NCBI GenBank assembly: GCA_963766885.1
Contig: CAVYBO010000001.1
Location: 196,352-260,351 of the forward strand
Direction of reading: 5' to 3'
Origin: an uncultured bacterium
GTDB taxonomy: Bacteria; Patescibacteriota; Minisyncoccia; Phycocordibacterales; CAIRYW01
Length of the DNA stretch: 64,000 bases
The position numbers and the translations under genes are program-made. This document shows, piece after piece, positions 30,726 to 41,601 of the stretch (positions are counted from its first letter, which is position 1; every line of letters begins with the position of its first letter). The notes beneath the pieces are model-generated. The model made no database searches, was not told the origin of the DNA, and worked only from the letters and a program-made list of their open reading frames with translations.

Positions 30726-31709
30726 ATGTTAAAAACAGCAGAATCGGTTTCAGTCGGTCATCCAGATAAAATTTGCGATCAGATTTCTGATGCAATTTTG
30801 GATGCGTGTTTAAAAGATGACCCAAATTCTCGCGTGGCTATTGAAGTGATGGGAGGACACGGAATTATTTCCATAACAGGTGAGCTCACAACTTCCACGT
30901 ACGTGAATATGAGAAAGATTGCTCAGGAAGTTTATAAAGATTGCGGATATAATGAAAATATTGGGGTCAATGTAAACGTGGTGGAGCAAAGTCCGGAGAT
31001 TGGTGCTGGCGTGGACAGGGAAGGCGCGGGAGATCAGGGAATAATGGTTGGATACGCAACTTCGGAAACTCCAGAATTTTTGCCGCTTGAAGTTGTGCTT
31101 TCACGCAAGCTTGCCAAATCAATGGGCAAGCATGATGGCAAAAGCCAGGTGACAGTGGACAATGGTAAAGTGGTCAAAATTCTGACTTCGCTTTGTGACA
31201 ACGGAAAAATGCAAGACGTAACTCTAGAAGAAACCGTAAGAAAAGAAATCTTGCCGCATTTTGATGGAACTTGGGAAGAACTCCAAAAAGCTTGGCTTCA
31301 AAATCCAAACGGCGAATGGAAGATTGGCGGATTTGCAGCAGACACAGGACTCACTGGCAGAAAACTTGCTGTTGATAATTACGGCCCAAACATTCCTGTT
31401 GGAGGAGGATGTTTTTCTGGCAAAGACGCTACCAAGGTGGACAGAAGCGGAGCATACATTGCTCGCAGAATTGCAGTTGATTATTTGAAGAAAAAAAATG
31501 CCAAAGAAGTATACGTGCACATTGCATACGCAATTGGCGTTGCAGAACCTCTGATGGCTGTGGTGGATATTGATGGAGTGCAGGAAGAAATTTCTGGATA
31601 TGATCTTCGGCCTCTTGCGGTAATTGATTATTTGGATTTAAGAAAACCTCAATATAGAGAAACTGCAAAATACGGACACTTTGGAAACGGTTTTGCTTGG
31701 GATCGATAA
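30726..31709 (+). CDS. metK: S-adenosylmethionine synthetase (compact)
   Basis: ESV..GHPDKICDQISD, GAGDQG, DTGLTGRK, GGG.FSGKD.TKVDRSGAY, YGHFG. Confidence 0.96.
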   Translation: MLKTAESVSVGHPDKICDQISDAILDACLKDDPNSRVAIEVMGGHGIISITGELTTSTYVNMRKIAQEVYKDCGYNENIGVNVNVVEQSPEIGAGVDREGAGDQGIMVGYATSETPEFLPLEVVLSRKLAKSMGKHDGKSQVTVDNGKVVKILTSLCDNGKMQDVTLEETVRKEILPHFDGTWEELQKAWLQNPNGEWKIGGFAADTGLTGRKLAVDNYGPNIPVGGGCFSGKDATKVDRSGAYIARRIAVDYLKKKNAKEVYVHIAYAIGVAEPLMAVVDIDGVQEEISGYDLRPLAVIDYLDLRKPQYRETAKYGHFGNGFAWDR

Positions 31710-31716
31710 TATTTAA

Positions 31717-32472
31717 TTAAATAAGAGTAATTTCTTTTTGAACGGGGGTTGTTATGACGACTTTATTTTCAGTTGAAATATAAAAATCAATTTCTGTTCG
31801 CATTCCAAAAGTTTTGAAATACATTCCAGGTTCAATTGTATAACCAATATTTTTTAGAATACGCGAATATTCTTTCCAGTTAAGACTTGGAAATTTGCCA
31901 TGGGGACTGTCAAAACCTAAAGCATGGCCCCAAGCCGGTTTTAGTCCGTCTGCGAAACCGTTTTCTCCAATGTAATCATTTGATGCTCTAGATATATCCA
32001 CACAGCGTGGAAGAATATTTTTCTTTATTTCTTTTTCGATATGTTTTACTGCTTTATCTAGAGATTTACTCAAAACTTTCCATGTTTTTTCAATATCCTT
32101 AGGAATTTTTGTTCCACAAAAAAACATCCATGTCATATCTGCATAAGGAGTATTTCTTTTATTTAATCTTGCCCAAATATCTAAAAGAATAAGATTATTT
32201 GGCTGCAATTTTTTACCTTTTCCTTTTACAAAATAATGCACGTTGGCAGTGTTTTCTTTGAATGCTGCTATGCATTGAACTTTTTTATCATCGTTTATAA
32301 GTCCGTGTTTTTTGTAAGATTTTTTGACAAAATCTACAACATCTTTTTCGTAGACATTTTTCTGCTTGGATTTTATAAATTCAGCAACTTCGTTCTTAAT
32401 TTCACCGAGAGCGTTCGCGGCCTCAAAGTGATCTTTGATTTGAGTTTTAGTCCAAGAATGTGAACTTGCCAT
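31717..32472 (-). CDS. M24-family metallopeptidase
   Basis: LLD.W, ADMT, GH.LG, YTIEPG.Y, GMRTE. Confidence 0.85.
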   Translation of the reverse strand: MASSHSWTKTQIKDHFEAANALGEIKNEVAEFIKSKQKNVYEKDVVDFVKKSYKKHGLINDDKKVQCIAAFKENTANVHYFVKGKGKKLQPNNLILLDIWARLNKRNTPYADMTWMFFCGTKIPKDIEKTWKVLSKSLDKAVKHIEKEIKKNILPRCVDISRASNDYIGENGFADGLKPAWGHALGFDSPHGKFPSLNWKEYSRILKNIGYTIEPGMYFKTFGMRTEIDFYISTENKVVITTPVQKEITLI

Positions 32473-33685
32473 CTTTGTATATTACTTTTTGTGTACCGTC
32501 TTTCATATAAGCTGTCACTGTGCGGGGAGTGGTCGACACAATATCCGTGTGCACAGAAGAAGAGTTGAATCCCAACGCTTCCCAGTCTTCGGGATCAAGT
32601 TTGGATGGATCATCAGCCAAGCAATCATGATAAGCGTTTCCAAGCGCAATGTGTGTGTTACCGTTTGGACCACCGACGTTTTCATCAAACAAAGTTTCTG
32701 CCATAAATTTGGTAATTCGAGAAAATCTTTTATCAGTCAAAGAAAATTCTCCGACTTTGTCTGCGTTTTTGGTAGCAATCATCTGTTTGAGCACTTTTTC
32801 ATTTTGCTTTGCTTTGCTTTTTACAACTTTGCCATCTTTAAACCACAACTCAATTCCTGTAATCAAATTGCCATATCGATAAAGCGGTTCGGAAAATCTT
32901 ATCCAGCCGCTTGTGCCGCGCCAATCAGGAGAAGTGAACAATTCAAATGATGGAATATTTCTACCGATTCCGCCCATCCATCTGCGCCTTTTGCCCAGTT
33001 GAACCCAAAGATCAACATCCAGCCCTTTGACATGCATTTTTTCAATCGGCATTTTGTTAAGCTTAAATTGTGCGTTTCCTATCATTGCAGAAACTTTTTT
33101 CCACTCCTTGATTGGGTCTTTCTTGTCCAAAAAACAGGCATTAATAATTTCTTTCCAGTAATCTTTGAGGCTCATTTTGGCTTCCTTTGCCATTGCTGGT
33201 GTGCCGTAAAGAGCAAGTGTCCAAGTGAAGAGACCTGCGTTTTCTTTTTTATTTCGCCACTCCATGTATGGCTTAAAAGCTTCGCCGCGCGCCATTATCT
33301 TTTTTGGATCGATGCCTTTGAGAATGTGCTTGTTGGTATCGGAGAGAATGTAAATCGAATGGTCTATTTCATCAACTAAGCCTTTGAGATATTTGGAAGG
33401 GAAGTATTTAAGCTGCTCGGCGCTTGCAAGCTCATAAAAAGCGCGGCTGACGTTTGCGTTTGCTTTGTCGTACGTTTCTTTGTCATCGGGAATATAGTTT
33501 TGGATTACATTTCCGCCGGCTTTGATGATTGCTTTATAAAGTTCAATGTATAAAGGTTTCGAGTATTCGTTTGCTGTTAAATAAACCGTCTCACCTTTTT
33601 TGATTCCTGTGCCTCCACCTAAAGCAAAGTTTATTAAAACATCCGCGTAGCGTTCGATGATTTTTTTTGGTGGTTGATAGTCCAT
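32447..33685 (-). CDS. M29-family aminopeptidase (AmpS/PepS-like)
   Basis: NIPSFE.FTSP, GEF, LFDEN, HIALGNAY, SSVHTDIV. Confidence 0.92.
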   Translation of the reverse strand: MDYQPPKKIIERYADVLINFALGGGTGIKKGETVYLTANEYSKPLYIELYKAIIKAGGNVIQNYIPDDKETYDKANANVSRAFYELASAEQLKYFPSKYLKGLVDEIDHSIYILSDTNKHILKGIDPKKIMARGEAFKPYMEWRNKKENAGLFTWTLALYGTPAMAKEAKMSLKDYWKEIINACFLDKKDPIKEWKKVSAMIGNAQFKLNKMPIEKMHVKGLDVDLWVQLGKRRRWMGGIGRNIPSFELFTSPDWRGTSGWIRFSEPLYRYGNLITGIELWFKDGKVVKSKAKQNEKVLKQMIATKNADKVGEFSLTDKRFSRITKFMAETLFDENVGGPNGNTHIALGNAYHDCLADDPSKLDPEDWEALGFNSSSVHTDIVSTTPRTVTAYMKDGTQKVIYKDGKFTFLD

Positions 33686-34950
33686 TATCTTATTTTATTT
33701 TTTATTTTCTGATAAATTTCTGGAATTATTTCAACATATACAAGGGAAGAGGTGTAAAAGAAAACTCCAAAACAGAATCCTCCCAAGACATCACTTGCCC
33801 AATGCTCGCCGAAATAAACTCGTGAAAATGCAACTAGAAATATCATAACCCCGCTCAATATAGAAAGCAAAATAAACTCCCAATTCTTTAAATATTTTTT
33901 TGCCAAGTAGCAAAGGGAAAGAAAGAATACCGTGGCAATTACAGCGTGCCCGCTTGGAAAGCTAGAGCTGCTCTCAGGAAAGAAATGTCGTATTAAAGGC
34001 CTTGGTCTTGAAAATATCGCTTTAAGAATCAAGACTGATAAACCGCTTATCCCAAGAGAAAAAAGCAAATAAAAAAAGTCTTCATATTTTCTGTATAGAA
34101 GAAGAATTAAAATTGGTATGGCTGCAATAGCAGAAAATGTCCACGGTCCGATCCATCCAAGCCACCACAATGATGAGAGAATAAATCGGTTTCTTGACGG
34201 AGCAACTAATGCTGAAATTTGGCTGTCAATAATCGAAAGAATTCCGTGATCCGAAACATTTTGAGCGATAATCGCAAAGGCGTAAAGCGAGATGATTGAT
34301 ACGATAAAAAGTATAATTTGATTCTTTCTGAATTTGACACCTCTTTTTTTGGCTTCTTCGGCGAGATATAAAACAAAGATAGCTATTGCTGTGGCAATTG
34401 CAAAAAACTTTCCAATTGCGGGCACGATAATCAAAAACCCTTCACCAAGCACAAATCCTAAAACTGAAAAAGATACAGACCACAGAATACTTGCGCCAAG
34501 CGCCAAACATAAAAATTTTCCTGTGCCTATATCTGCAATTCCGGCAAAAAAAGGCGAAAGAGCTCGGGTAAAAGAATTAAATCTGCCGAGGAATACTGTT
34601 TTACCTGAATGTTCCCGAGTTATTTTTTTAGTTTTTTCAATTCTCTCATGGCCAATAAATCTTGAAATTATTTTCATAGTCGAAGTCTCGTATTTTTTGC
34701 CAAGTAAAAAAGCCAAAACATCTCCTAGAAATGAGGCTAAAATTCCAAATATAATTACGTGCCAAATACTAAAAAGACCAAGACGGGCAAAAACGGCTGC
34801 TAAGACAAGTATCGTCTGTCCAGGGACGAAAAATCCAATCAAAGGCAGCGATTCAAGGGCGCTTGAGAGGAAAACAATAAGCAGGCCGAACTCTTGAAAG
34901 ATTAATTTGTTTGTATAAATAAACTCTAAAATGGCTTTTTCGGGATACAT
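33685..34950 (-). CDS. DedA-PAP2 phosphatase fusion
   Basis: N-terminal DedA (LES.P..G.FVPGQ, GRF); C-terminal K...SRPRP, SFPSGH, SRVY.GEHW.SDV. Confidence 0.92.
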   Translation of the reverse strand: MYPEKAILEFIYTNKLIFQEFGLLIVFLSSALESLPLIGFFVPGQTILVLAAVFARLGLFSIWHVIIFGILASFLGDVLAFLLGKKYETSTMKIISRFIGHERIEKTKKITREHSGKTVFLGRFNSFTRALSPFFAGIADIGTGKFLCLALGASILWSVSFSVLGFVLGEGFLIIVPAIGKFFAIATAIAIFVLYLAEEAKKRGVKFRKNQIILFIVSIISLYAFAIIAQNVSDHGILSIIDSQISALVAPSRNRFILSSLWWLGWIGPWTFSAIAAIPILILLLYRKYEDFFYLLFSLGISGLSVLILKAIFSRPRPLIRHFFPESSSSFPSGHAVIATVFFLSLCYLAKKYLKNWEFILLSILSGVMIFLVAFSRVYFGEHWASDVLGGFCFGVFFYTSSLVYVEIIPEIYQKIKNKIR

Positions 34951-34986
34951 AAAAGCTCATTATATCATTTGTGATATAATTTTTTC

Positions 34987-35751
34987 ATGCATATTTTTCA
35001 GGCGCTTATTTTGGGAATTGTAGAAGGTTTAACTGAATTTTTACCGGTGTCTTCAACTGGACATTTGATCATTGCCGCCAAGCTTTTGGGATTGCCAAAT
35101 ACGAATTTTTTGAATGTTTTTGAAATTGTTATCCAAGTCGGGGCAATCCTTGCGGTGGTAGTTTTGTATTTTAAAAAATTTTTGGATATTGAAATTTTAA
35201 AGAAAGTTGTTGTTGGATTTATACCAACTGCAATTATCGGTCTGATATTTTATAAATTCGTCAAAAATTTTCTTGGCAGCACGGATATTGTGCTCTGGGC
35301 AATGTTTCTGGGTGGTTTAATTATAGTGATTTTTGAATTGCTTAAAAGAGATAACAGGGAAGTGGAAAATGGAGTTAAAAATTTGACATACAAACAATGC
35401 GTCATCATAGGGCTCTTCCAATCAGTAGCAATAATTCCCGGTGTTTCGCGTTCTGGAGCAACAATCATTGGCGGCCTTTCAATAGGAATAGATAGAAAAA
35501 CTATTACAGAATATTCTTTTTTGATTGCTGTGCCGACAATGATTGCTGCTTCTGGACTTGAGCTTATTAAAGGCGCTGGAGGCATTACAACAAATGAATT
35601 TGGACTGATCGCCTTTGGATTTCTAGTGGCATTTGTTGTGGCGATAGTCGCTGTTAAATCCTTTATCGGATTTATCAGGCACCACAAGTTCACAGGCTTT
35701 GGGATTTATAGAATTATCGCCTCGGTATTTTTCTTCTTTTTGGTTGGATAA
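34987..35751 (+). CDS. uppP: undecaprenyl-diphosphate phosphatase (BacA)
   Basis: EGLTEFLPVSSTGH, IQ.GAILA, PGVSRSGATI. Confidence 0.97.
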   Translation: MHIFQALILGIVEGLTEFLPVSSTGHLIIAAKLLGLPNTNFLNVFEIVIQVGAILAVVVLYFKKFLDIEILKKVVVGFIPTAIIGLIFYKFVKNFLGSTDIVLWAMFLGGLIIVIFELLKRDNREVENGVKNLTYKQCVIIGLFQSVAIIPGVSRSGATIIGGLSIGIDRKTITEYSFLIAVPTMIAASGLELIKGAGGITTNEFGLIAFGFLVAFVVAIVAVKSFIGFIRHHKFTGFGIYRIIASVFFFFLVG

Positions 35752-35756
35752 AGCTT

Positions 35757-36479
35757 CTATCTAAAGTTTTCGTATTTGTGCGTTACTGGCTTGTGGATTA
35801 AAACTAAAGAAACAAAATTTATTATATATTTAAAGATAGTGTTTGTTGCGCCCTGATTTTTGAATCGCCTCGCTGAAGAATACATTTTAAATCCTAAGGA
35901 AAATTTAACTTTGCCAAACTCTGAGGCTCGTCTTGCTGTGTCTGTATCATCTCCGTAAAATGTTATTGAAGTGTCTAGGCCTCTCATTTCTGTGAGCACC
36001 TTTCTTGATATTGCTAAATTGTTAAATACTGCCATATATCCTACAAATAAATATACCGGCATCGAAACAACATACCAACAAAACCATACTAGTAATTTTT
36101 CCACAAAAGAAGCGTCGTAATAAAACATCGGTCCACTTAAAATGGCTAGCTTTGGATTTTTAGAAAATTCTTCAACTATTTTTTGGCTCCAATCGTTTGG
36201 CATTTGTGTATCGGCATCCGTAAAAGCGATAATGTGGCCGGTTGAAATTTCTACTCCTCTTTGTCTTGCGTTCATAACGCCTTTCTGCGGTTCCTCGATA
36301 ACTTTTACTTTCTTAAATGTTTTCGCGATCTCCACAGTGCGGTCCGAGCTGCAGTTTGCCACAACGATGATTTCAAAAAAATGATTATTAGAATTGGATA
36401 TTGCTCGGAGACAGTTGCCAATGTATTTTTCTTCATTGTAAGCAGGAATAACCAAACTGATCTTTAAATCATTTTCCAT
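35757..36479 (-). CDS. family 2 glycosyltransferase
   Basis: SLVIPAYNEE, FTDADT, S.RRF. Confidence 0.92.
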   Translation of the reverse strand: MENDLKISLVIPAYNEEKYIGNCLRAISNSNNHFFEIIVVANCSSDRTVEIAKTFKKVKVIEEPQKGVMNARQRGVEISTGHIIAFTDADTQMPNDWSQKIVEEFSKNPKLAILSGPMFYYDASFVEKLLVWFCWYVVSMPVYLFVGYMAVFNNLAISRKVLTEMRGLDTSITFYGDDTDTARRASEFGKVKFSLGFKMYSSARRFKNQGATNTIFKYIINFVSLVLIHKPVTHKYENFR

Positions 36480-36509
36480 ATGGAATAATTATAACACCAC
36501 GGGTGATTA

Positions 36510-36941
36510 TTATTGACTGCTTGTTGAAGTTGAAGTGCTGGATTGGTTGTTTCTAACCATCACTTGGTTTGCGGTTTCACTTCCGTCTGTGTTTGAAGTG
36601 CCGATAACCATTACGTTTGTGCCTGTAGCAAGATTATCTAATGATCCTGCAACACTCTCTGTTATGTTTGTGGACGGGCTGACAAATATTATCTGTGAAC
36701 CGCCGTTTTGAAGACTCAAAGTTATACTTTGGCTGTCTTTGGAAATAATTGTTCCAACAATTGCCCCCGCTCCCAGAGCGCCTGCTCTTGATCTAAATCC
36801 ACTAGCGCCGCTTGCTCCGGTTTGAAATGCTGTGGAGGATGCTTTGGTCTGAGAACCTTTATAATAATCTCCTGCAAAAAATCCAACAAAAAGAGCCACG
36901 ACTATTAAGATGACCACGAGAGTAAAATGTTTGTTATGCAT
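36510..36941 (-). CDS. membrane-anchored OB-fold-like protein (DUF5666-like)
   Basis: N-terminal TM, Gly-rich linker, G.IISKD..SIT, L..G..VMV.G..N.DGS.TA. Confidence 0.7.
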   Translation of the reverse strand: MHNKHFTLVVILIVVALFVGFFAGDYYKGSQTKASSTAFQTGASGASGFRSRAGALGAGAIVGTIISKDSQSITLSLQNGGSQIIFVSPSTNITESVAGSLDNLATGTNVMVIGTSNTDGSETANQVMVRNNQSSTSTSTSSQ

Positions 36942-36981
36942 ATTTTTATTTATTAATTTTAATTTTTAATTATTCAAACCC

Positions 36982-38205
36982 CTATTCAAATCGCAACGCT
37001 TCAATTGGATTAAGTGCCGCGGCTCTTTTTGCCGGATAATATCCAAAAATTATTCCGATGCCGGCAGATACACAGAATGCAAGGACAATAGGGTAGAGGC
37101 TTATTTGGGTTTGGATTATTCCCAAAGCACTGACCCCAAAGGCTATGCCGGTCCCCAGAATTATTCCAATTAGTCCGCCAAGGAAAGTAAGTATTACAGC
37201 TTCTGACAAAAATTGCAGAGAAATATCTCTGTTTCTTGCCCCGATTGCTTTACGCAGACCGATTTCTTTGGTGCGCTCAGTTACACTGGTAAGCATCATG
37301 TTCATAATGCCAATTCCTCCCACAAGAAGGGAAATGCCAGCCACTGACCCGAGTAGAACTGTGAACGTGCTTACAACACTTGAAGCCGTTGCCACAATAG
37401 AAGCTTCGTTTAAGGTGCTGAAATCCGCATTGGCGGGATTACTTATGTTATGTCTTTGAAGGAGAAGGGTTGTTATATCATTTTGCACTTGTGTCATTGC
37501 ATTGGAGGTTGCCGCTTCCACATCGATTTCTGTAAGATAAGTATTTCCTGTCAAAAAAGTTTGAGCATCGCTTTTTGGAATCATTATCATATCGTCTGCG
37601 TTGCTAAATCCACTTCCGCCTTTTGATTGGAGTACACCAACGACATTGAATACAATTCCTTTTATTGTGATTTGTTGACCAACAGGATCTGTTCCTGTTG
37701 CAAAGAGGTCTGATGCCGCAGTAGGTCCGAGGACCGCCACTTTTGCCATACTGGTTACTTCTGCGTCAGTTATAAAAGAGCCTTCGCTTACATTTACGTT
37801 TCTAACCAGGGCATACGATGCATCTGTTCCCAGCACAGTTGTGTTGGTGTTTGTCCCTTTGGCAGTGACTTGTTCTCTTCCGGAAACTTCGCCTGTGACA
37901 GCTGTGACATTGCTTACTTGAGAAAGGATGGCGTCAGCGTCGCCCTGAGTCAAAGTTTCGGCTGTGCCTCGGCCAGTACTGACTTGGTATCCTGGAGCTC
38001 TTTGGGCTCCTGGCGTGACCATTATCAAATTTGCTCCGATTGATTCGATATTTGCTTGAATTGAACTTTGCGCTCCGTCGCCAATTGCAACCATGGCGAT
38101 AACAGAACTGATACCAATAACAATACCTAAAACAGTAAGACCTGATCTTATTTTATTTGCCGAAAGGGCAGTGTATGTTTCTTCTAAAATGTCGTGGTAT
38201 GTCAT
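36982..38205 (-). CDS. MacB/FtsX-type ABC permease
   Basis: RS.LT.LGIVIGI, GGIGIMN.ML.SVTERTKEIGLRKAIGA, PIEALR.E. Confidence 0.95.
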   Translation of the reverse strand: MTYHDILEETYTALSANKIRSGLTVLGIVIGISSVIAMVAIGDGAQSSIQANIESIGANLIMVTPGAQRAPGYQVSTGRGTAETLTQGDADAILSQVSNVTAVTGEVSGREQVTAKGTNTNTTVLGTDASYALVRNVNVSEGSFITDAEVTSMAKVAVLGPTAASDLFATGTDPVGQQITIKGIVFNVVGVLQSKGGSGFSNADDMIMIPKSDAQTFLTGNTYLTEIDVEAATSNAMTQVQNDITTLLLQRHNISNPANADFSTLNEASIVATASSVVSTFTVLLGSVAGISLLVGGIGIMNMMLTSVTERTKEIGLRKAIGARNRDISLQFLSEAVILTFLGGLIGIILGTGIAFGVSALGIIQTQISLYPIVLAFCVSAGIGIIFGYYPAKRAAALNPIEALRFE

Positions 38206-38924
38206 TTGCCGCTGTGAATTATTTTTGGAATTATTTTTTGCTTGTGCGTTTTTGAATCAGAAACTATAACCCCATCCCTTATGAAAACAATTCTTTGGGC
38301 GTGTTCCGCAACATCTGGTTCGTGGGTAATCAAGACTATCGTCCTGCCGTGCTCTTCATTTAATCGCTGAAATGTTCCGAGCACGATATCACCGGTTTTT
38401 GTATCAAGGTTTCCTGTTGGTTCATCAGCAAGAATGAGAACCGGGTCATTAACCAATGCTCTAGCAATTGCTACACGCTGGATTTGTCCCCCCGATAGTT
38501 CGTTTGAATTATGAAGGAAGTGGCTTTCGTCAAGTCCTGCTGCTAACAGAGCTTTTTCTGCAATAGGAGCGCGTTTTTCTCTTGGTACTCCGGCATAGAC
38601 AAGAGGGAGCATTACGTTTCGAAGCACAGTAGTGCGAGGAAGAAGATTGAATGCTTGAAAAACGAAGCCAATTTTTTCTCTGCGGATGTCCGCCAGCTCT
38701 TCGTCAGAAAGTTTGGATACATCTTTTCCATCAAGCAGGTATTGTCCGCTTGTTGGGGTATCAAGTGCGCCAATTATGTGCATAAGGGTGGATTTGCCGC
38801 TTCCCGATGGTCCCATAATCGCAACGAACTCTCCTTCATCAACATTAAAGCTGATACCATGCAGAGCCTCAAATTCTACGGCACCTGTCTTGTATGTTTT
38901 TCTAACGTTTTTGATTTCAATCAT
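38202..38924 (-). CDS. ABC ATP-binding protein (MacB/LolD type)
   Basis: [32 protein letters not shown]. Confidence 0.96.
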   Translation of the reverse strand: MIEIKNVRKTYKTGAVEFEALHGISFNVDEGEFVAIMGPSGSGKSTLMHIIGALDTPTSGQYLLDGKDVSKLSDEELADIRREKIGFVFQAFNLLPRTTVLRNVMLPLVYAGVPREKRAPIAEKALLAAGLDESHFLHNSNELSGGQIQRVAIARALVNDPVLILADEPTGNLDTKTGDIVLGTFQRLNEEHGRTIVLITHEPDVAEHAQRIVFIRDGVIVSDSKTHKQKIIPKIIHSGK

Positions 38925-38926
38925 AT

Positions 38927-40627
38927 TTATCCTCTTGCTCCAGCGCCTCCGCCTGCACCCCCTCTGAATCCGCCTCCGCCAGCAGCTCCACCGCCTCTTG
39001 CGCCAAGTGAACTAAGCAGACTTGGTGTTTGGGTGCTTGTGGTTTGGGTTGATGCGTTTACTACTTTTGTCACAACCTGATCGCCAACTTTGAGACCAGA
39101 AGTTATTTCTGTATTTGTGTCATCTGTTGCTCCTGTTTGGACCACTACAGTTTTTGGAGCTGTTTTTGATGGATAGCTTGCCTCTTCGGATTTTGGAATG
39201 GGGGAGCTAAACATTTGCACATACGATGTGTTGCCTTGAGTTTTTATTGCTGAAGAAGGAATGGTTATTACATTTTGGTGAACATCTGTGATAATTGAAG
39301 CGTCCACACTCATTCCAGGCTTTACTCTGGTATCATCCGTATCAAAGCCAATTTGAACGTTAAAAGTTACAACTCCTTGCGACACTGTTCCTATAAGATC
39401 AACTTGGGTTACGGTACCTGCGATGCTTAGATCCGGCACTGCGTCAAAAGTTAAAGTCACTTTGTCTCCAGCGGCAACTTTTGCTGCATCAACTTCATTT
39501 AAGGATACGTTTGCTATTTTTTCTGTTGTGATAAATGTGCCTACGCTTCCGCTTGCCTGATCTCCTTGCTGTACGCTGATGTTTGCTACTACTCCATCAA
39601 GCGGAGCTTTCACAAAGTAATTGTCATAATTTTTCTGGGCAGTTTCTACGTTAAGTTCAGCAGATTGAATATCCAAAGGATCCGTTCCTTTTACTAACTC
39701 TTGAAGAGCCACACTATCTTGCTGAATCGTGTTTATATTTGATTGAATCGTGTCGTTTGCGTTTTGCAGATTTGATAGGTCAGAATTTATAGTTGATGTC
39801 CATTGTCCTAAATTTGTTTCAGATGCTGTTGTGTCGGTCGATACTTCTTTGCTTGCGTCATTGTTTTCTATATAGTCAACAGCAGCTTTGGTGTATTGAA
39901 TTGCCTTGGCCAAATCGTTGGCGGTATTATAAGTTTCTTCGATTATATTGTCGGTTGTTGTTGCGTCTGTTTGGCTTCTTGAATTGTTGTAATCTTGAAA
40001 ACTTTTTTGATATTCTGTATTTGCAATATCGAAGCTTGCTCCCGCTTGATTTACATCGGCTTGTGCTGTGGTATCCATAAAGATTGTTTCTTGAGGTGTC
40101 AAATAACCTCCTTTTGTATTAAACATTCCGTTTAATCCGCTTATTATGCTTGCCATATCAATATATGAGTTTGAAACAGCGCTTATCCCAGAAGTTTCGG
40201 CAGATGCTTTTGATGACTCTGCATTACTCAAGCTATTTTGATCTTGTGTTAATTGGGTTGGATCTGGCGGCTCTTGAAGCTTTGCCAAAGCGATCTGGGC
40301 GTTTTGAAGGGAAATGAGCGCGCTTGAAGGATCAATTTCTACGAGAGTGGTTCCGGCAGTAACTTTTTGTCCTGCGGTAGCGTCAACTGCCTCAACTGTT
40401 CCTGTAACATTGTTGTTTAAATCTATTTCGTTTGAAGCGGCTACTTGTCCAGTGCCTGTAACGGTGTCGATAATCGTTCCATTTGCCGCTTCGGCCAAAG
40501 TATACTTCGGCACATTGCCAACATTCTGGAGTATTTTTACAGAGCCGTAAGCGGTGCTTGCCAAAACAATAATAAGGAGTACAGAAAGCTTTTTGTGAAA
40601 TTTCCAAAGATTTGATATTTTTGCCAT
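38927..40627 (-). CDS. HlyD/MacA-type adaptor protein with long helical insert
   Basis: Lipoyl half-motifs, APLDGVV, KPGMS, SGLKVGDQV, Gly-rich tail. Confidence 0.9.
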   Translation of the reverse strand: MAKISNLWKFHKKLSVLLIIVLASTAYGSVKILQNVGNVPKYTLAEAANGTIIDTVTGTGQVAASNEIDLNNNVTGTVEAVDATAGQKVTAGTTLVEIDPSSALISLQNAQIALAKLQEPPDPTQLTQDQNSLSNAESSKASAETSGISAVSNSYIDMASIISGLNGMFNTKGGYLTPQETIFMDTTAQADVNQAGASFDIANTEYQKSFQDYNNSRSQTDATTTDNIIEETYNTANDLAKAIQYTKAAVDYIENNDASKEVSTDTTASETNLGQWTSTINSDLSNLQNANDTIQSNINTIQQDSVALQELVKGTDPLDIQSAELNVETAQKNYDNYFVKAPLDGVVANISVQQGDQASGSVGTFITTEKIANVSLNEVDAAKVAAGDKVTLTFDAVPDLSIAGTVTQVDLIGTVSQGVVTFNVQIGFDTDDTRVKPGMSVDASIITDVHQNVITIPSSAIKTQGNTSYVQMFSSPIPKSEEASYPSKTAPKTVVVQTGATDDTNTEITSGLKVGDQVVTKVVNASTQTTSTQTPSLLSSLGARGGGAAGGGGFRGGAGGGAGARG

Positions 40628-40633
40628 ATGTTT

Positions 40634-41176
40634 TTATTGGTTATTTGGACCCTGACTAGGTAGAGGTGGTGTTTGTGGTGAAGATGTGGAGGTTGTCGGG
40701 TTGCTTTGACTTGGCGGAGGAGGAAGTACTCTTATTAAATTTGCCTCAATATTGCCGTTATTGTCTGGAGATCCAATGACAATTACATAATCGCCAGTTT
40801 TAATTTCTGAAGATTTTATGTCATTTCTAAATTCCCTGAATATTGTGTTATCTGTGATAGAGACAGTTTTTTCAACACCGTCTTTGTCGGCGATTATTAT
40901 ATTCGGCAGAGACATTTTGATGATGTATCCTGAGGCTCCGTTTGCATTCGGGAGGTTATTGTTCAAGGAATTAAAATCTGGCAGCATACCGTCGCTGCCT
41001 TCATGACCCTCTATATCTCTATTGTAATTTTCTCCCAGACGGCAAGAAAAGAATGCTTTTTTATATCCAATCAGTATTCCCGCTTGAAATACAAATAAAA
41101 CAATTGCTATAGCAAAGATGACATATACAATTACGTGCAAAGCTCTAGACTCAAAGAATTTTTTCAGTTTTTCCAT
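40634..41176 (-). CDS. membrane-anchored protein (DUF5666-like)
   Basis: TM segment then IK.GD.VIVIG..D..G.I.A..IRV. Confidence 0.7.
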   Translation of the reverse strand: MEKLKKFFESRALHVIVYVIFAIAIVLFVFQAGILIGYKKAFFSCRLGENYNRDIEGHEGSDGMLPDFNSLNNNLPNANGASGYIIKMSLPNIIIADKDGVEKTVSITDNTIFREFRNDIKSSEIKTGDYVIVIGSPDNNGNIEANLIRVLPPPPSQSNPTTSTSSPQTPPLPSQGPNNQ

Positions 41177-41179
41177 TTT

Positions 41180-41590
41180 TTATTTATAAATTAATTTAGC
41201 TTTTGAAAAATCACCAGCTTCTCTGATCGCTTTTGAAACAAGAAGAAGCAGCACTCCCAGCATTGTAAATGCAATAAACATGTCAAAGATGGGTGCAGAT
41301 TCAAGTAAAACCAGAGAAAACTGCTTCCAGTTTGTCAGCGCCACTCCGCTGTCAGATACAATAATCGATGCGTATTTGTAAAATGCTGATGAAGTAAAAT
41401 TGGATAGTATAATTGAAAATATCGATACGAAAAATACGCCAAAAGAAGCGGCAGCGGCAGCAAATATTCCGAATGTCATCTTAGCTTTCTTTATTTTTGC
41501 TTCTTTTATTCCAAATAAAACTTTTTGCTCCAGTTCTTCTGGACACTTAACTTTGGAATTTAAAAAAATTTTTTCTATGTCTTTTTCCAT
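41180..41590 (-). CDS. putative membrane anti-sigma factor
   Basis: Directly follows the ECF sigma; short cytoplasmic N-terminus plus two TM segments. Confidence 0.65.
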   Translation of the reverse strand: MEKDIEKIFLNSKVKCPEELEQKVLFGIKEAKIKKAKMTFGIFAAAAASFGVFFVSIFSIILSNFTSSAFYKYASIIVSDSGVALTNWKQFSLVLLESAPIFDMFIAFTMLGVLLLLVSKAIREAGDFSKAKLIYK

Positions 41591-41601
41591 TTTGCTTTGA
41601 A

